From the NCBI GenBank assembly GCA_016870395.1, contig VGBT01000003.1, positions 74,615-138,614 on the forward strand: a stretch of 64,000 bases of DNA. The letters run 5' to 3'. Of the stretch, positions 11,642 through 23,594 are shown in pieces (position 1 is the stretch's first letter; the number at the start of each line of letters is the position of its first letter). The notes below the pieces were generated by a model, which saw only the letters and a program-made list of their open reading frames with translations, searched no databases and was not told the DNA's origin. Source of the DNA: Actinomycetota bacterium. GTDB taxonomy: Bacteria; Actinomycetota; Acidimicrobiia; IMCC26256; JAENVU01. The position numbers and the translations under genes are program-made.

Positions 11642-11677
11642 ATGTTCCGGATCGCCGACCTCCTCGTAGTTGCCTAG
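11642..11677 (+). CDS. ilvB leader peptide MFRIADLLVVA
   Basis: 11 codons with Ile/Leu/Leu/Val/Val, followed by a terminator hairpin and ilvB. Confidence 0.8.
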   Translation: MFRIADLLVVA

Positions 11678-11711
11678 GCGCACGGCGACCACCCGCGTCC
11701 GTGCGCCCCTG

Positions 11712-11736
11712 CCCCTCGCAACTGCGGGGGGTTTTT
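11712..11736 (+). terminator. Attenuator terminator
   Basis: CCCCTCGCA-AC-TGCGGGGGG followed by TTTTT, upstream of the ilvB RBS. Confidence 0.85.
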
Positions 11737-11785
11737 CATGTCCGGACGCAGTCGGTGGCATCCGGACCCGTCACCAGGAGCCGTG

Positions 11786-13507
11786 ATGAAGCTCACCGGG
11801 GCCCAGGCCCTCATCAAGAGCCTCGAGATGGAAGGCACGGAGGTCATGTTCGGCCTTCCCGGCGGGGCGATCCTGCCCGTCTACGACCCGCTGATCGAGA
11901 GCTCGATCCGCCACATCCTCGTGCGCCACGAGCAGGGCGCGGGCCACATGGCCGAGGGCTACGCCCACGCGACCGGCCGCCCCGGCGTCGCCATGGTCAC
12001 GAGCGGCCCCGCGGCCACCAACATCGTCACGCCGCTGTGCGACGCATACCTCGACTCCGTGCCGCTCGTGGTGATCACGGGACAGGTTCCGCTGAAATCG
12101 ATCGGCACCGACGCGTTCCAGGAGTGCGACACCGTCGGCATCACCATGCCCGTGACGAAGCACAACTGGCTCGTGACCGATCCGCAGGACATCCCGCGCA
12201 TCGTTCGCGAGGCGTTCCACGTGGCCATGACGGGCAGGCCCGGCCCGGTGCTGGTCGACGTGCCCAAGGACGTCGCGAACCAGATCATGGACTGGGAATG
12301 GCCGGACTCGGTCGACCTTCCCGGCTACAAGCCCAACGTGAAGGGCCACCCCAAGCAGATCAAGGACGCCGCGCGCCTCATGGGCGAGGCGAAGCGGCCC
12401 GTGATCTACGCGGGTGGAGGGATGCTCAAGGCGCGCGCGGCGGAAGCGCTGCGCGAGCTGGCGGAGCTCACCGGAATCCCGGTGGTCACGACGCTCATGG
12501 CGCGCGGTGTGTTCCCGGATCGCCACGAGTTGGCGCTCGGCATGCCTGGCATGCACGGCAACTACACCGCGATCACCGCGCTCCAGCGAGCCGACCTGCT
12601 CATCGCGCTCGGCTCGCGCTTCGACGACCGCGTGACGGGCAAGGTCGACGCGTTCGCGCCCGACGCGAAGATCATCCACGTCGACATCGACCCGGCCGAG
12701 CTGGGTAAGGTCCGCCGGCCCGACGTGCCGATCGTGGGCGACTGCCGCAACGTGATCGAGCGCCTGGTCAAGGTGGTCGAGACCGATCGAGCGAAGCGTG
12801 AATGGCCCGACCTCACGCCGTGGATGGCGCAGGTGCGTGGCTGGCAGCGGGACTTCCCGCTGCAGTACGAGCAGCTCGAGGACGGGCCGCTCAAGCCGCA
12901 GTTCTGCATCGAGGCGATCTGTGACCACACGCCGGCCGACACCATCGTCGCGGCCGGCGTGGGCCAGCACCAGATGTGGACGAGCCAGCACTGGCGCTTC
13001 GACCACCCGTACACGTTCGTGAACTCGGGCGGCCTGGGCACGATGGGCTTCTCGATCCCGGCCGCGATCGGAGCGAAGGTGGGCCGGCCCGAGCGGATGG
13101 TCTGGTCGATCGACGGCGACGGCTGCTTCCAGATGACCGCGCAGGAGCTGGTGACCGCGAGCTCGGAGAGGATCCCGATCAAGGTCGGGATCCTCAACAA
13201 CGCGTACCTCGGCATGGTCCGGCAGTGGCAGGAGCTCTTCTACGAGGAGCGCTACAGCGAGGTGTACCTCTCGCCCGACCTGCCCGACTACGTCAAGTGG
13301 GCCGAAGCGATGGGTTGCGTCGGCTTCCGGGTCGACTCGCCCGACGAGGTCGTGCCCACGATCGAGAAGGCCAACGAGATCGACGATCGTCCGGTCGTGA
13401 TCGACTTCCGCACCGACTACCGGGAGAAGGTGTACCCGATGGTCCCTGCGGGGGCGAGCAACGACGACGTCATCCTCGGTCCCGAGATCGGCGAAGGAGG
13501 TCGCTAG
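11786..13507 (+). CDS. ilvB: Acetolactate synthase large subunit
   Basis: FGLPGGAILP, RHEQGAGHMA, GTDAFQE, RFDDRVTG, GDG ThDP motif, LGMVRQWQ; AGGAG RBS. Confidence 0.97.
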   Translation: MKLTGAQALIKSLEMEGTEVMFGLPGGAILPVYDPLIESSIRHILVRHEQGAGHMAEGYAHATGRPGVAMVTSGPAATNIVTPLCDAYLDSVPLVVITGQVPLKSIGTDAFQECDTVGITMPVTKHNWLVTDPQDIPRIVREAFHVAMTGRPGPVLVDVPKDVANQIMDWEWPDSVDLPGYKPNVKGHPKQIKDAARLMGEAKRPVIYAGGGMLKARAAEALRELAELTGIPVVTTLMARGVFPDRHELALGMPGMHGNYTAITALQRADLLIALGSRFDDRVTGKVDAFAPDAKIIHVDIDPAELGKVRRPDVPIVGDCRNVIERLVKVVETDRAKREWPDLTPWMAQVRGWQRDFPLQYEQLEDGPLKPQFCIEAICDHTPADTIVAAGVGQHQMWTSQHWRFDHPYTFVNSGGLGTMGFSIPAAIGAKVGRPERMVWSIDGDGCFQMTAQELVTASSERIPIKVGILNNAYLGMVRQWQELFYEERYSEVYLSPDLPDYVKWAEAMGCVGFRVDSPDEVVPTIEKANEIDDRPVVIDFRTDYREKVYPMVPAGASNDDVILGPEIGEGGR

Positions 13508-13509
13508 CC

Positions 13510-14037
13510 ATGAACGGTCAGCACCACATCCTCAGTGTGCTCGTGGAGAACAAGTTCGGCGTGCTCTCACGCGTCGCAGGCCTGTTCGCGCGGCGCGGGT
13601 ACAACATCTTCTCGCTCGCCGTGAGCCCCACCGAGGACGACCGCTATTCGCGGATGACGATCTTGGTCGACGGCGAGAGTGCGCCGATCGAGCAGGTGAC
13701 CAAGCAGCTCAACAAGCTCATCCCGGTGATCAAGATCTCCGAGCTCGCCGCCGAGGACGCCGTCGAGCGCGAGCTGATGCTGGTGACCATCAAGGCCGGA
13801 CAGGATGCCCGGTCGCAGGCCACCGAGCTCGCGGCGATCTTCGAGGCCAAGATCCTCGACGTCGGCTACGAGGCCATGACGCTGATGGTCGCAGGCCAGC
13901 CCGACAAGCTCGACGCGATGACCGACCTGCTCCAGCCGTTCGGTATCGTTGAGCTCCAGCGCACCGGGCGGATCGCGCTCCCCAAGCTGTCCCGCCAGCC
14001 CTCCAAGCTGCGGGTCGTCGCACCCAGGTCCGCCTGA
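13510..14037 (+). CDS. ilvN: Acetolactate synthase small (regulatory) subunit
   Basis: [46 protein letters not shown]. Confidence 0.96.
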   Translation: MNGQHHILSVLVENKFGVLSRVAGLFARRGYNIFSLAVSPTEDDRYSRMTILVDGESAPIEQVTKQLNKLIPVIKISELAAEDAVERELMLVTIKAGQDARSQATELAAIFEAKILDVGYEAMTLMVAGQPDKLDAMTDLLQPFGIVELQRTGRIALPKLSRQPSKLRVVAPRSA

Positions 14038-14068
14038 CTCCTCAACGTCGAACCCGAAGGAACCAACG

Positions 14069-15097
14069 ATGCCCGCCACGATCTCCTACGACTCCGACGC
14101 CGACGCCGGCATGCTCTCGGGCAAGACCGTCGCGGTGCTCGGGTACGGCTCGCAGGGCCACGCCCACGCGCTCAACCTGAAGGACTCGGGCGTCGACGTG
14201 GTCGTCGGTCTGCGGGCCGGCTCGTCGAGCGCGGCCAAGGCCGAGCAGGCCGGGCTCACCGTCCTCACCACCGGCGAGGCCGTGCAGGCCGCCGACATGG
14301 TCATGGTGCTCCTGCCCGATACCGAGCAGAAGAAGGTGTACGAGGCCGACATCGCCCCGAACCTCAAGTCGGGGAGCTCGCTCGCGTTCGCGCACGGCTT
14401 CAACATCCACTTCGACCAGATCCACCCTCCGGCCGACGTCGACGTCTGGATGATCGCGCCGAAGGGCCCTGGGCACCTCGTGCGCCGCACCTACGAGGAG
14501 GGTGGCGGCGTGCCCGCGCTGGTCGCCGTCGCACAGGACGCGTCGGGTCACGCGCGCGCCCTCGCGCTCGCGTACGCCAAGGGCATCGGTTCGACGCGTG
14601 CCGGCGTGCTCGACACCACGTTCCAGGAGGAGACCGAGACCGACTTGTTCGGTGAGCAGGTCGTGCTCTGCGGCGGTCTCGTCGAGCTGATCCGCAACGG
14701 CTTCGAGACGCTGGTCGAGGCCGGGTACCAGCCCGAGTCGGCGTACTTCGAGACGCTGCACGAGGTGAAGCTCATCGTCGACCTCATCTACGAGGGCGGC
14801 ATCGCCAACATGCGCTACTCGATCTCCGACACGGCCGAGTACGGCGACATGACCCGCGGGCCGCGCATCGTGACCCCGGCGACCAAGGACGAGATGAAGA
14901 AGATCCTCGGCGAGATCCAGAGCGGCGAGTTCGCCCAGGAGTGGATCGCCGAGAACGAGGCCGGCCGGCCCAGCTTCAAGAAGCTGCAGGCGGCCAGCGC
15001 AGGCCACCAGATCGAGTCGGTCGGCGAGGAGCTCCGGGCGATGATGCCCTGGATCGCAGCCGGCAAGGCCAAGCCCCGCGACGTCTCCGGGGGCTAG
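14069..15097 (+). CDS. ilvC: Ketol-acid reductoisomerase
   Basis: [44 protein letters not shown]. Confidence 0.97.
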   Translation: MPATISYDSDADAGMLSGKTVAVLGYGSQGHAHALNLKDSGVDVVVGLRAGSSSAAKAEQAGLTVLTTGEAVQAADMVMVLLPDTEQKKVYEADIAPNLKSGSSLAFAHGFNIHFDQIHPPADVDVWMIAPKGPGHLVRRTYEEGGGVPALVAVAQDASGHARALALAYAKGIGSTRAGVLDTTFQEETETDLFGEQVVLCGGLVELIRNGFETLVEAGYQPESAYFETLHEVKLIVDLIYEGGIANMRYSISDTAEYGDMTRGPRIVTPATKDEMKKILGEIQSGEFAQEWIAENEAGRPSFKKLQAASAGHQIESVGEELRAMMPWIAAGKAKPRDVSGG

Positions 15098-15122
15098 GGC
15101 AGCGAGTGGTGAGAAGCTGGCG

Positions 15123-15716
15123 GTGATCGTTCTCGCCGCCGTGGTCGGCTACCTGCTGGGGAGCTTTCCCTCGGCGGACCTCGTGGCCCGGATCGCCAGC
15201 AAGGGCGCGGTCGACATCCGGCGCAACGGGAGCGGCAACCCCGGCACGCTCAACGCCGCGCGTGTGCTCGGGAAGTGGTGGGGGGTCGTCGTCTTCGTTC
15301 TCGATCTCGCCAAGGGCATCGCCGCGGGCCTCGCCGGGTTCGCACTCGCGCGCGACGTCGGCGCGTACGTGGGAGCGACCGCGGCCGTCGGCGGCCACAT
15401 CTTCCCGGTGTGGAGCCGCTTCCGCGGAGGCAAGGGGGTTGCCACCTCGGCCGGCGCGTGCCTCGCGGTGTTTCCGGCGTTCTTCCCGATCGACCTCGTG
15501 GCCTCGCTCTTCGGGACCCTCGTCTCGCGCCGCGCCGAGCGAGGGACCCAGATCGCGTGCGCGATCTGGGTCACTTCCGCCGCGCTGTGGTGGGCGTTCG
15601 ACTGGCCCAACCTCTGGGGGCCCGAGCCGGGACCGGGGCTGCTCGCGTTCGCGGTCGTCGGCTCCGGAATGATCCTCTGGGCCTTCGCCGACGCGCGCCG
15701 GCGCGGCGCCGAATAG
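15123..15716 (+). CDS. plsY: Glycerol-3-phosphate acyltransferase
   Basis: YLLGSFP, GSGNPGTLN, DLAKG, GHIFPV, GGKGVAT. Confidence 0.9.
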   Translation: MIVLAAVVGYLLGSFPSADLVARIASKGAVDIRRNGSGNPGTLNAARVLGKWWGVVVFVLDLAKGIAAGLAGFALARDVGAYVGATAAVGGHIFPVWSRFRGGKGVATSAGACLAVFPAFFPIDLVASLFGTLVSRRAERGTQIACAIWVTSAALWWAFDWPNLWGPEPGPGLLAFAVVGSGMILWAFADARRRGAE

Positions 15717-15736
15717 AGGTCGGTGAACCGATGCCG

Positions 15737-16048
15737 TCAGGCGGTCGGATCGGTGGCGGCGGGCCCGTCGGTCGCCACCGAGCTCGAGCTTGACTCGTCT
15801 GCCGCGGCCGCAAGCTGTACCTCCGCAGCCTGGATCTCCTGCACGATCCGGGTGATGTCGGCCTCCGCGTTCTCGGGCGCAGCCCCGGTCCGCTGGGCGT
15901 AGACGATGCTCCCTAGCGCCTCTTTGAGGTCACCGACCTTCTTCTTGGTCTTCTGCTCCTCGAGCTTCTCCTGCCCGGTCTCGGCCGCCTGCTGCACCTT
16001 CTCGGCGGCCTTGCTCGCGGTGTCCTTGACCTTGTCCAGGAATCCCAT
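15737..16048 (-). CDS. Small helical hypothetical protein
   Basis: MGFLDKVKD...LGSIVY; TAACCT box 6 nt upstream of ATG. Confidence 0.75.
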   Translation of the reverse strand: MGFLDKVKDTASKAAEKVQQAAETGQEKLEEQKTKKKVGDLKEALGSIVYAQRTGAAPENAEADITRIVQEIQAAEVQLAAAADESSSSSVATDGPAATDPTA

Positions 16049-16140
16049 GAGCCCAGGTTAGGGCTACGACGCGCGCACAGGGCGCGCGACCAGATGGGGT
16101 ACGTCCCTCTGAAGGAGCTCCTCGGGGCCGCCGACCTGGC

Positions 16141-17890
<1,750 letters not shown>

Positions 17891-17929
17891 AGGATCACCG
17901 TACCCCCGGCCTGCGACACGCCGTCCAGC

Positions 17930-17978
17930 GCTTTGGCGTCGCCAAACCGCGACTATCGCGGTCTGCTGACGCCAAAGC
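17930..17978. repeat. Intergenic hairpin, family C (single copy here)
   Basis: GCTTTGGCGTC...ACCGCGA-CTA-TCGCGGT...GACGCCAAAGC. Confidence 0.65.
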
Positions 17979-17997
17979 CCCGCGGAGGGTGCGGCCT

Positions 17998-18390
17998 TCA
18001 GCGTCTGGGGAGGGTGGCGAGGATGGCGTCGGCCCAGGCCACGTCGGGGCGGGGGCGGCGCCGGGCCGCGAGCTTGTCGGGGACCTCGATCTCGAGGCGC
18101 ACGAGCGCGCCGCCCAGGGTCTTGCCGAGGTTGTCGGCGCGCAGGCTCCGGGGCCCGCCGCCGCCGAGCGCGCCGCGCATCACGAAGTTGAGGGCGCGCA
18201 CGTTTGGTGCTTCGTAGCGCTCCACCCCGCCGAGCACCATCGACCCGAAGTGCGCCTTCACCCGCGCCGCGGTGACCTCTCGCACCACGAGCGCGTACAC
18301 GTCGTCGTCGTCGGCGAACAGCGCCACGTCGGCGGTGTCGCCCTTGTCGCCGGCGCGGTAGCCACAGAGCTCCCGGAGCGCGAGCCGCAT
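17998..18390 (-). CDS. Small AtuA-related protein (AtuA C-terminal-like domain)
   Basis: RAGDKGD, VERYEAPNVRALNFV, ALGGGGPRSLRADNLGK. Confidence 0.85.
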   Translation of the reverse strand: MRLALRELCGYRAGDKGDTADVALFADDDDVYALVVREVTAARVKAHFGSMVLGGVERYEAPNVRALNFVMRGALGGGGPRSLRADNLGKTLGGALVRLEIEVPDKLAARRRPRPDVAWADAILATLPRR

Positions 18391-18397
18391 CACGCCG

Positions 18398-19774
18398 TCA
18401 CACCTCCTCGATGGTGATCGTCACGTGCGGGTCGACGAGCGCCTTGTCGACGAGCGTCGGCCAGATACCCAGCAGCTCGGTCACACCTCCGGCCATGCCC
18501 CGGCCCATGCCGGTGAGCCCGGCCGGGGGCGCGCTGAGTGCGAGCGGCACCAGCTCGCGGCCGACCGCAGTCGCGGTGCGCTCGTCGTCGCAGCGCCACG
18601 CGACCCGCATCACGCATTCGGACGGCTCCACCCCCTCGGGCAGCGGCGGAACGGTCGGTCCACCGAGCGCACGCACCCCCCATTCCTCGAAGCACCACTC
18701 CTGCACCTCGAGGCCGGCCATCTCCACCCGCTTCGCGAGGATCGCTGCCGTCGCGCGCGCCTTCTCGGGCGCGTCGGGCCACGAGAACGCGACCCGGGTC
18801 TCACCGGCCCAGCCCGCGTGGTGCGCGAGCAGCGCCTTGTACGTGCCGGTCGCCGGTCGACCGCGCACGCCCGACACCCGCACCCGATCACCACCCAGGT
18901 CCTCGAAGTGCGCGGACGAGAAGTCGGCGACGACGTCGGGCGCGAAGTAGGCCGCGGGATCGTGCACCTCGTAGAGCAGTTGGTGGCGAACGGTGTCGAC
19001 GTCGACGCGCCCACCCGACGCGGCGGGCTTGGTGATCACCGCGGCGCCGTCGGCGTCCACCTCGGCAATGGGATATGGGAGCTTCCAGGGTTCGGGGATC
19101 GTCCACCACTCGCCGGAGAAGTTGCCTCCCGCCACCTGACCCGAGCACTCGAGCAGGTGGCCAACGAGGATCCCCGCGGCGAGACGGTCCCAGTCGTCGC
19201 GCGCCCAGCCGTGCTCGTGGACCAAGGGTCCGAGGAACAACGCCGCGTCGGCGACCCGGCCCGTGATCACGATGTCGGCACCCTGCGCGAGTGCGTCGGC
19301 GATCGGGAACGCGCCGAGGTAGGCGGCGGCGAACAGCGGGTCGGTGCCGAGCGAGTCGCACGGCTCGCCCGTCTCCATGTTCGCGAGGCCGCCCGCGGTC
19401 TCGTCGCGCACGGACCCGAGGCGTGACATGAGGTCGTCGCCGAGCACGGTGGCGATCTTGAGCCCCGACACCCCGAGACGTCTCGCAGTCTCGACGGCCG
19501 CGTGGGCGGCACCGCGGGGGTTGATGCCGCCGGCGTTGGTGATCACCTTCGTGCTGCCGTCGAGCACGGCAGGGATCGCAGCCGCGAGGTAGCGGGGCAG
19601 GTCACGCGTGTAGCCGAGCGACTCGTCGCGGGCGCGATCCTTCTGCAGGATCGCGAGGGTCAGCTCGGCCAGCGCCTCGAGGCACAGGTAGTCGACACCC
19701 TCGGCCAGCAGCCCCTCGACGGCGCGCGGGGTGTCGCCGTAGAACCCCTGCCCGCCCCCGAGCCGGATGCTCAC
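18398..19774 (-). CDS. AtuA / DUF1446 family protein
   Basis: QGFYGD, LAELTLAIL, NAGGINP, AYLGA, ITGRVAD, GHLLEC, QLLYEVHDP. Confidence 0.9.
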   Translation of the reverse strand: MSIRLGGGQGFYGDTPRAVEGLLAEGVDYLCLEALAELTLAILQKDRARDESLGYTRDLPRYLAAAIPAVLDGSTKVITNAGGINPRGAAHAAVETARRLGVSGLKIATVLGDDLMSRLGSVRDETAGGLANMETGEPCDSLGTDPLFAAAYLGAFPIADALAQGADIVITGRVADAALFLGPLVHEHGWARDDWDRLAAGILVGHLLECSGQVAGGNFSGEWWTIPEPWKLPYPIAEVDADGAAVITKPAASGGRVDVDTVRHQLLYEVHDPAAYFAPDVVADFSSAHFEDLGGDRVRVSGVRGRPATGTYKALLAHHAGWAGETRVAFSWPDAPEKARATAAILAKRVEMAGLEVQEWCFEEWGVRALGGPTVPPLPEGVEPSECVMRVAWRCDDERTATAVGRELVPLALSAPPAGLTGMGRGMAGGVTELLGIWPTLVDKALVDPHVTITIEEV

Positions 19775-19785
19775 GCCACCTCCCC

Positions 19786-19836
19786 CCGGGATTGTTCAGG
19801 AATGAGCGGATAGCGCTCCTCGGCGCACAAGCCCGG
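19786..19836. repeat. Intergenic hairpin repeat, family A copy 3 (reverse orientation)
   Basis: CCGGGATTGTTCAGGAATGAGCG-GATAG-CGCTCCTCGGCGCACAAGCCCGG. Confidence 0.75.
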
Positions 19837-19870
19837 CGTGGATTGGGGCGTGGATCGGGGGACGGAGCGC

Positions 19871-21313
19871 TCAGGCATGAACGGCGGGGCGGCGGTCGGC
19901 CCAGGGAGCCGTGGCCTCGAGCTGGGCCGCCACTCGCAACAACAGGTCTTCGCGCCCCCATGCGGCGACGAGATGGATCCCGATCGGCATCCCCGAGGCA
20001 CTGGTTCCCACCGGAACGTTGATCGCCGGCTGGCCGGTGACGTTGAAGAAAGGGGTATAGGGCACGAAGCTCGCGCCCCGCGCGAACCCGGCGAGCGGGT
20101 CGTTGGGGGTCTGGAGCACTCCGAGCTCGGGCGGCAGCTCACCGAGCGTCGGGGTCAGGAGCAGGTCCCACCCGTCGACCTCCCACCACTTGGCCAACCT
20201 GCGGGTCGCGGTCTGCATCGCGAACTGCGCGTCCATCAGCGTGACGGCCGTCTCCTCGCGTCCTCGTTCGGCGAGGTACCAGGTCAACGGCTCGACGTCG
20301 TCGGCGGTGAGCTCGCGCCCGATGAGCCGGCCTGCGCGAGCGAGGTTGGACGCGGCCATCCCGTTCCACATCGCGAGGAACGCGCCCGTAATGTCGCGCT
20401 CGGCCAGCACGTCGGGGTGTGCGGGCTCCACGTGGTGCCCGGCCGCCTCGAGCAGCCGGCCGGCGTGCTCGGTTGCGGCGACGCAGTCGGGCGCGACCGG
20501 CTTGCCCGTCGCGGGGACGGTGGTGCACAGGCCGATGCGGAGCCGGCCGGGATCCGCGCCGACCTCGTCGCGATACGGCCGGGTCGGGATGGGTGCGACG
20601 ACCGCGTCACCCGGTTCCGGTCCCGCGACCGCGTCGAGCAACGCGGCGCAGTCGCGCACCGAGCGTGTCAGGGCGAACTGCACCGAGAGCGGTCGGGCGA
20701 TCTCACCGCTCGGCGAGACGGAGATGCGCCCGCGCGACGTCTTGAGGCCGACGAGCCCGCAGCACGACGCGGGGATGCGTATGGAGCCGCCGCCGTCGGA
20801 CGCGTGAGCGAACGGCACGATCCCTGCCGCAACCGCGGCCGCAGAGCCGCCGCTCGACCCGCCTGGTGTCCGGGTGGGGTCCCAGGGGTTGCGGGTCGGG
20901 CCGTACGCGAGTGGCTCCGTCGTCGGCATGATGCCGAGCTCGGGCGTGTTGGTGCGGGCGATCGTGACGAGTCCGGCGTTACGGAAGCGCTGCGCGAGGG
21001 CGGTCGTGTGCGGCGCACGGAAGTCGGCATCCTTGAGCGCCCGCATGCCGTCGTGCCAGGGTTCGCCTTCGTACCCGCAGGTGAGGTCCTTGAACAGGAA
21101 CGGTACGCCGCAAAACGGGCCCGCGGGCAACGCGGCGCTCGCAGCCTCCTCCCGGCCGCGGTCGTAGCGCTCGGTGGTGAGCGCGTTGAGCCGGGGCTGG
21201 GTCGCCTCCGCCCGGGCGATGGCCGCTTCGACCAGCTCGGTGGGCGTCGCCTCCCCGCGCCGGACGAGCTCGGCCTGCGCGGTCGCGTCGAGCGTGGCGA
21301 GATCGTCGGTCAT
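19871..21313 (-). CDS. Amidase-signature family amidase
   Basis: [33 protein letters not shown]. Confidence 0.92.
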   Translation of the reverse strand: MTDDLATLDATAQAELVRRGEATPTELVEAAIARAEATQPRLNALTTERYDRGREEAASAALPAGPFCGVPFLFKDLTCGYEGEPWHDGMRALKDADFRAPHTTALAQRFRNAGLVTIARTNTPELGIMPTTEPLAYGPTRNPWDPTRTPGGSSGGSAAAVAAGIVPFAHASDGGGSIRIPASCCGLVGLKTSRGRISVSPSGEIARPLSVQFALTRSVRDCAALLDAVAGPEPGDAVVAPIPTRPYRDEVGADPGRLRIGLCTTVPATGKPVAPDCVAATEHAGRLLEAAGHHVEPAHPDVLAERDITGAFLAMWNGMAASNLARAGRLIGRELTADDVEPLTWYLAERGREETAVTLMDAQFAMQTATRRLAKWWEVDGWDLLLTPTLGELPPELGVLQTPNDPLAGFARGASFVPYTPFFNVTGQPAINVPVGTSASGMPIGIHLVAAWGREDLLLRVAAQLEATAPWADRRPAVHA

Positions 21314-21323
21314 GACGTCACCC

Positions 21324-22766
21324 TCACGCTGCGAACACCGGCGGGCGGCGTTCGGCCCACGGGTGGGCCGCTTCGAGTTGGGCCGCAACCCGGAGCAGCA
21401 CGTCCTCGCGGCACGCCGCCGCGACGAGCTGTACGCCGATTGGCAGCCCCGATGCCGAATGGTAGAGCGGCAACGAGATCGCAGGCTGGCCGGTCACGTT
21501 GAACGCGGCCGTGAACGCCGCGTACGGCGTCTGCCGCGCGGTCGCCAGGAACGGGTCGCCGTCGGTCGGGTTGAGGAAGCCGAGCCGCGCCGGCGGTGCG
21601 CCGAGGGTGGGTGTGAGGAGCAGGTCGAAGCTCCCTCCGTGCCACCACTGCAGCACCCGGCGGGTCCAGGCTTGCGCGGTTTGGAGCGTCTGGGCGTAGG
21701 CGAGCGCGGTGACCGAGCGGCCCATCTCCGCGAGCGCCCACGTGCCCGGCTCGACGTCCTCCGCGGTGATCGGTCGTCCGACGATTCGTGCCAGCTCCTC
21801 CACGTCGACGAGCGTGTTGGTCGCGAGCACGTTGACGAACAGCTCGAGCAGCTCGGTCTCCTCGAGCGCCGCGGGAGAGGCCGGCTCCACCGAGTGGCCC
21901 AGTGCCTCCAACATCCGCGCGGCCTCCTCGGCGGCGACCACGCACTCCTCGTCGACCTCGGCCATCGCCGCCGGCGCGGTGGTGCGCAGCCCGATCCGCA
22001 GCCGGCCCGGTGGCGTCCCCACCTCCGCGAGGAAGGGTCGTGCGGGAGGCGGCGCGGTGTAGGGGTCGCCCGGCATCTCACCGCTCACCGCATCGAGCAC
22101 CGCGGCGCAGTCGCGCACCGAGCGCGTGACCACGTGTCGCGCGACGAGCCCGTTCCACGACTCGCCCTCGTGTGGGCCGAGCGACGTACGCCCGCGGGTC
22201 GGCTTGAGCCCGACGAGCCCGCACTCGCTGGCCGGGATGCGGATCGAGCCGCCGCCGTCGCCCGCGTGTGCGACCGGGACCATGCCACTCGCCACCGCGG
22301 CGGCCGACCCGCCGCTCGACCCGCCGGTGCTGTGATCGGTGTCCCAGGGATTGCGGGTGGGGCCGTAGGCGTGGGGCTCGGTGGTCGCCTGCAGACCGAA
22401 CTCCGGTGTGTTCGTCTTGCCGATGACCACGAACCCGGCCTGCTCGAGCCTTGCGAAGAGGTACGAGTCCTCGGTGCCGACGTGGCCGATTTGCTTGAGG
22501 AGCTCGTTGCCGAGATGCAGTGGCGCGCCGGCGAGCTCCCCGTCGAGGTCCTTCACCACGATGGGAACCCCGGCGAACGGGCCCTCGAGCGGTTTGCGGG
22601 CTGTCGTGTGCCCCCGCTCGAACAGCGGGTGGATCACCGCGTTCAGCTCGGGGTTGCACTTCTCGACCCGGGTGATGGCGGCGTCGACGAGCTCAAGCGG
22701 GCTCAGATCGCCGTCGCGCACGAGCTCGGCCTGGGCGGTCGCGTCGAGGGTTGCGAAATCAGTCAT
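21324..22766 (-). CDS. Amidase-signature family amidase, tandem paralog
   Basis: [44 protein letters not shown]. Confidence 0.92.
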   Translation of the reverse strand: MTDFATLDATAQAELVRDGDLSPLELVDAAITRVEKCNPELNAVIHPLFERGHTTARKPLEGPFAGVPIVVKDLDGELAGAPLHLGNELLKQIGHVGTEDSYLFARLEQAGFVVIGKTNTPEFGLQATTEPHAYGPTRNPWDTDHSTGGSSGGSAAAVASGMVPVAHAGDGGGSIRIPASECGLVGLKPTRGRTSLGPHEGESWNGLVARHVVTRSVRDCAAVLDAVSGEMPGDPYTAPPPARPFLAEVGTPPGRLRIGLRTTAPAAMAEVDEECVVAAEEAARMLEALGHSVEPASPAALEETELLELFVNVLATNTLVDVEELARIVGRPITAEDVEPGTWALAEMGRSVTALAYAQTLQTAQAWTRRVLQWWHGGSFDLLLTPTLGAPPARLGFLNPTDGDPFLATARQTPYAAFTAAFNVTGQPAISLPLYHSASGLPIGVQLVAAACREDVLLRVAAQLEAAHPWAERRPPVFAA

Positions 22767-22838
22767 GGCGCAAACCGTAGGCGGCGCGATCGCGGCAGGT
22801 CGACTGGGGTCGACCATCGTCGGGTTAGGTTCCCCGCC

Positions 22839-23594
22839 ATGACGGCGGAGCCTGAGCCGACGCGAGGTGCCGAGCCGGGGCCGTTGCTCCTGCGCGAACT
22901 GGTGCGCACCTCGGCGCGCGTCTACCGCCGCCGGTTCAAGGCGGTGGCCGGCACCGCGGCCGTGATCTTCGCGGTCGTCGCGATGGTCGATGCGCTCGTC
23001 GACACGCTGCTCGACTTCCCTGACCGCAGTACCGTGGTCAGCCTGCTGTTCCTCGCCGCCACGAGCGTGAGCGCGCTGGGCTCGACCTTCTACGCCGGCC
23101 TCATCGACGAGGTCGTCGGCGGCGAGCTCGACGACCGCCCGACCCCGCGGTTCCGCTACGTCGTCCGTGACCTCCCCTGGCTCCGGCTGCTCGTCGCCGA
23201 CTTCGTGATCTCGGTCATCGTGCTCGTGACCGGCGCCGGCTTCGTGGTCGTGGGCCTGGTGGCGTTCACGTTCGTGTGCCTGGTCGGCCCGATCATCAAC
23301 ATCGAGCGCCACAGCCCATGGCACGCGTTCCGCCGTTCGACGCGACTGGTCGCGCCGCACTTCGCGCTGACGCTCGTGTTCATCACGATGCCCGTGCTCG
23401 TCGAGCACGCGATCGTGCACGCGCTCCAGGCCCAGGTCGGGCTGGACGCCTGGGTCGAGCTCGTCGGGCTGCATGCGGTGCTCGGCATCGCGATCGGCTC
23501 TGTCGTCGGGCTCAACGAGACGGTGCTCGCGTACGCGCTGATCATCCGTGACCACGTACGCACGTCGGCAACGCGCGGCTCACCAGCCCCGTAG
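22839..23594 (+). CDS. Integral membrane hypothetical protein
   Basis: About 6 hydrophobic segments; TAGGTT box 7 nt before ATG. Confidence 0.7.
   Translation: MTAEPEPTRGAEPGPLLLRELVRTSARVYRRRFKAVAGTAAVIFAVVAMVDALVDTLLDFPDRSTVVSLLFLAATSVSALGSTFYAGLIDEVVGGELDDRPTPRFRYVVRDLPWLRLLVADFVISVIVLVTGAGFVVVGLVAFTFVCLVGPIINIERHSPWHAFRRSTRLVAPHFALTLVFITMPVLVEHAIVHALQAQVGLDAWVELVGLHAVLGIAIGSVVGLNETVLAYALIIRDHVRTSATRGSPAP

Noticed and set aside
21174-23594. Apparent large proteins 21174..23594 (+) and 21324..23555 (-)
   Set aside because: Open antisense extensions. The real genes are divergent, starting at 22766 (-) and 22839 (+), each with its own -10-like box.
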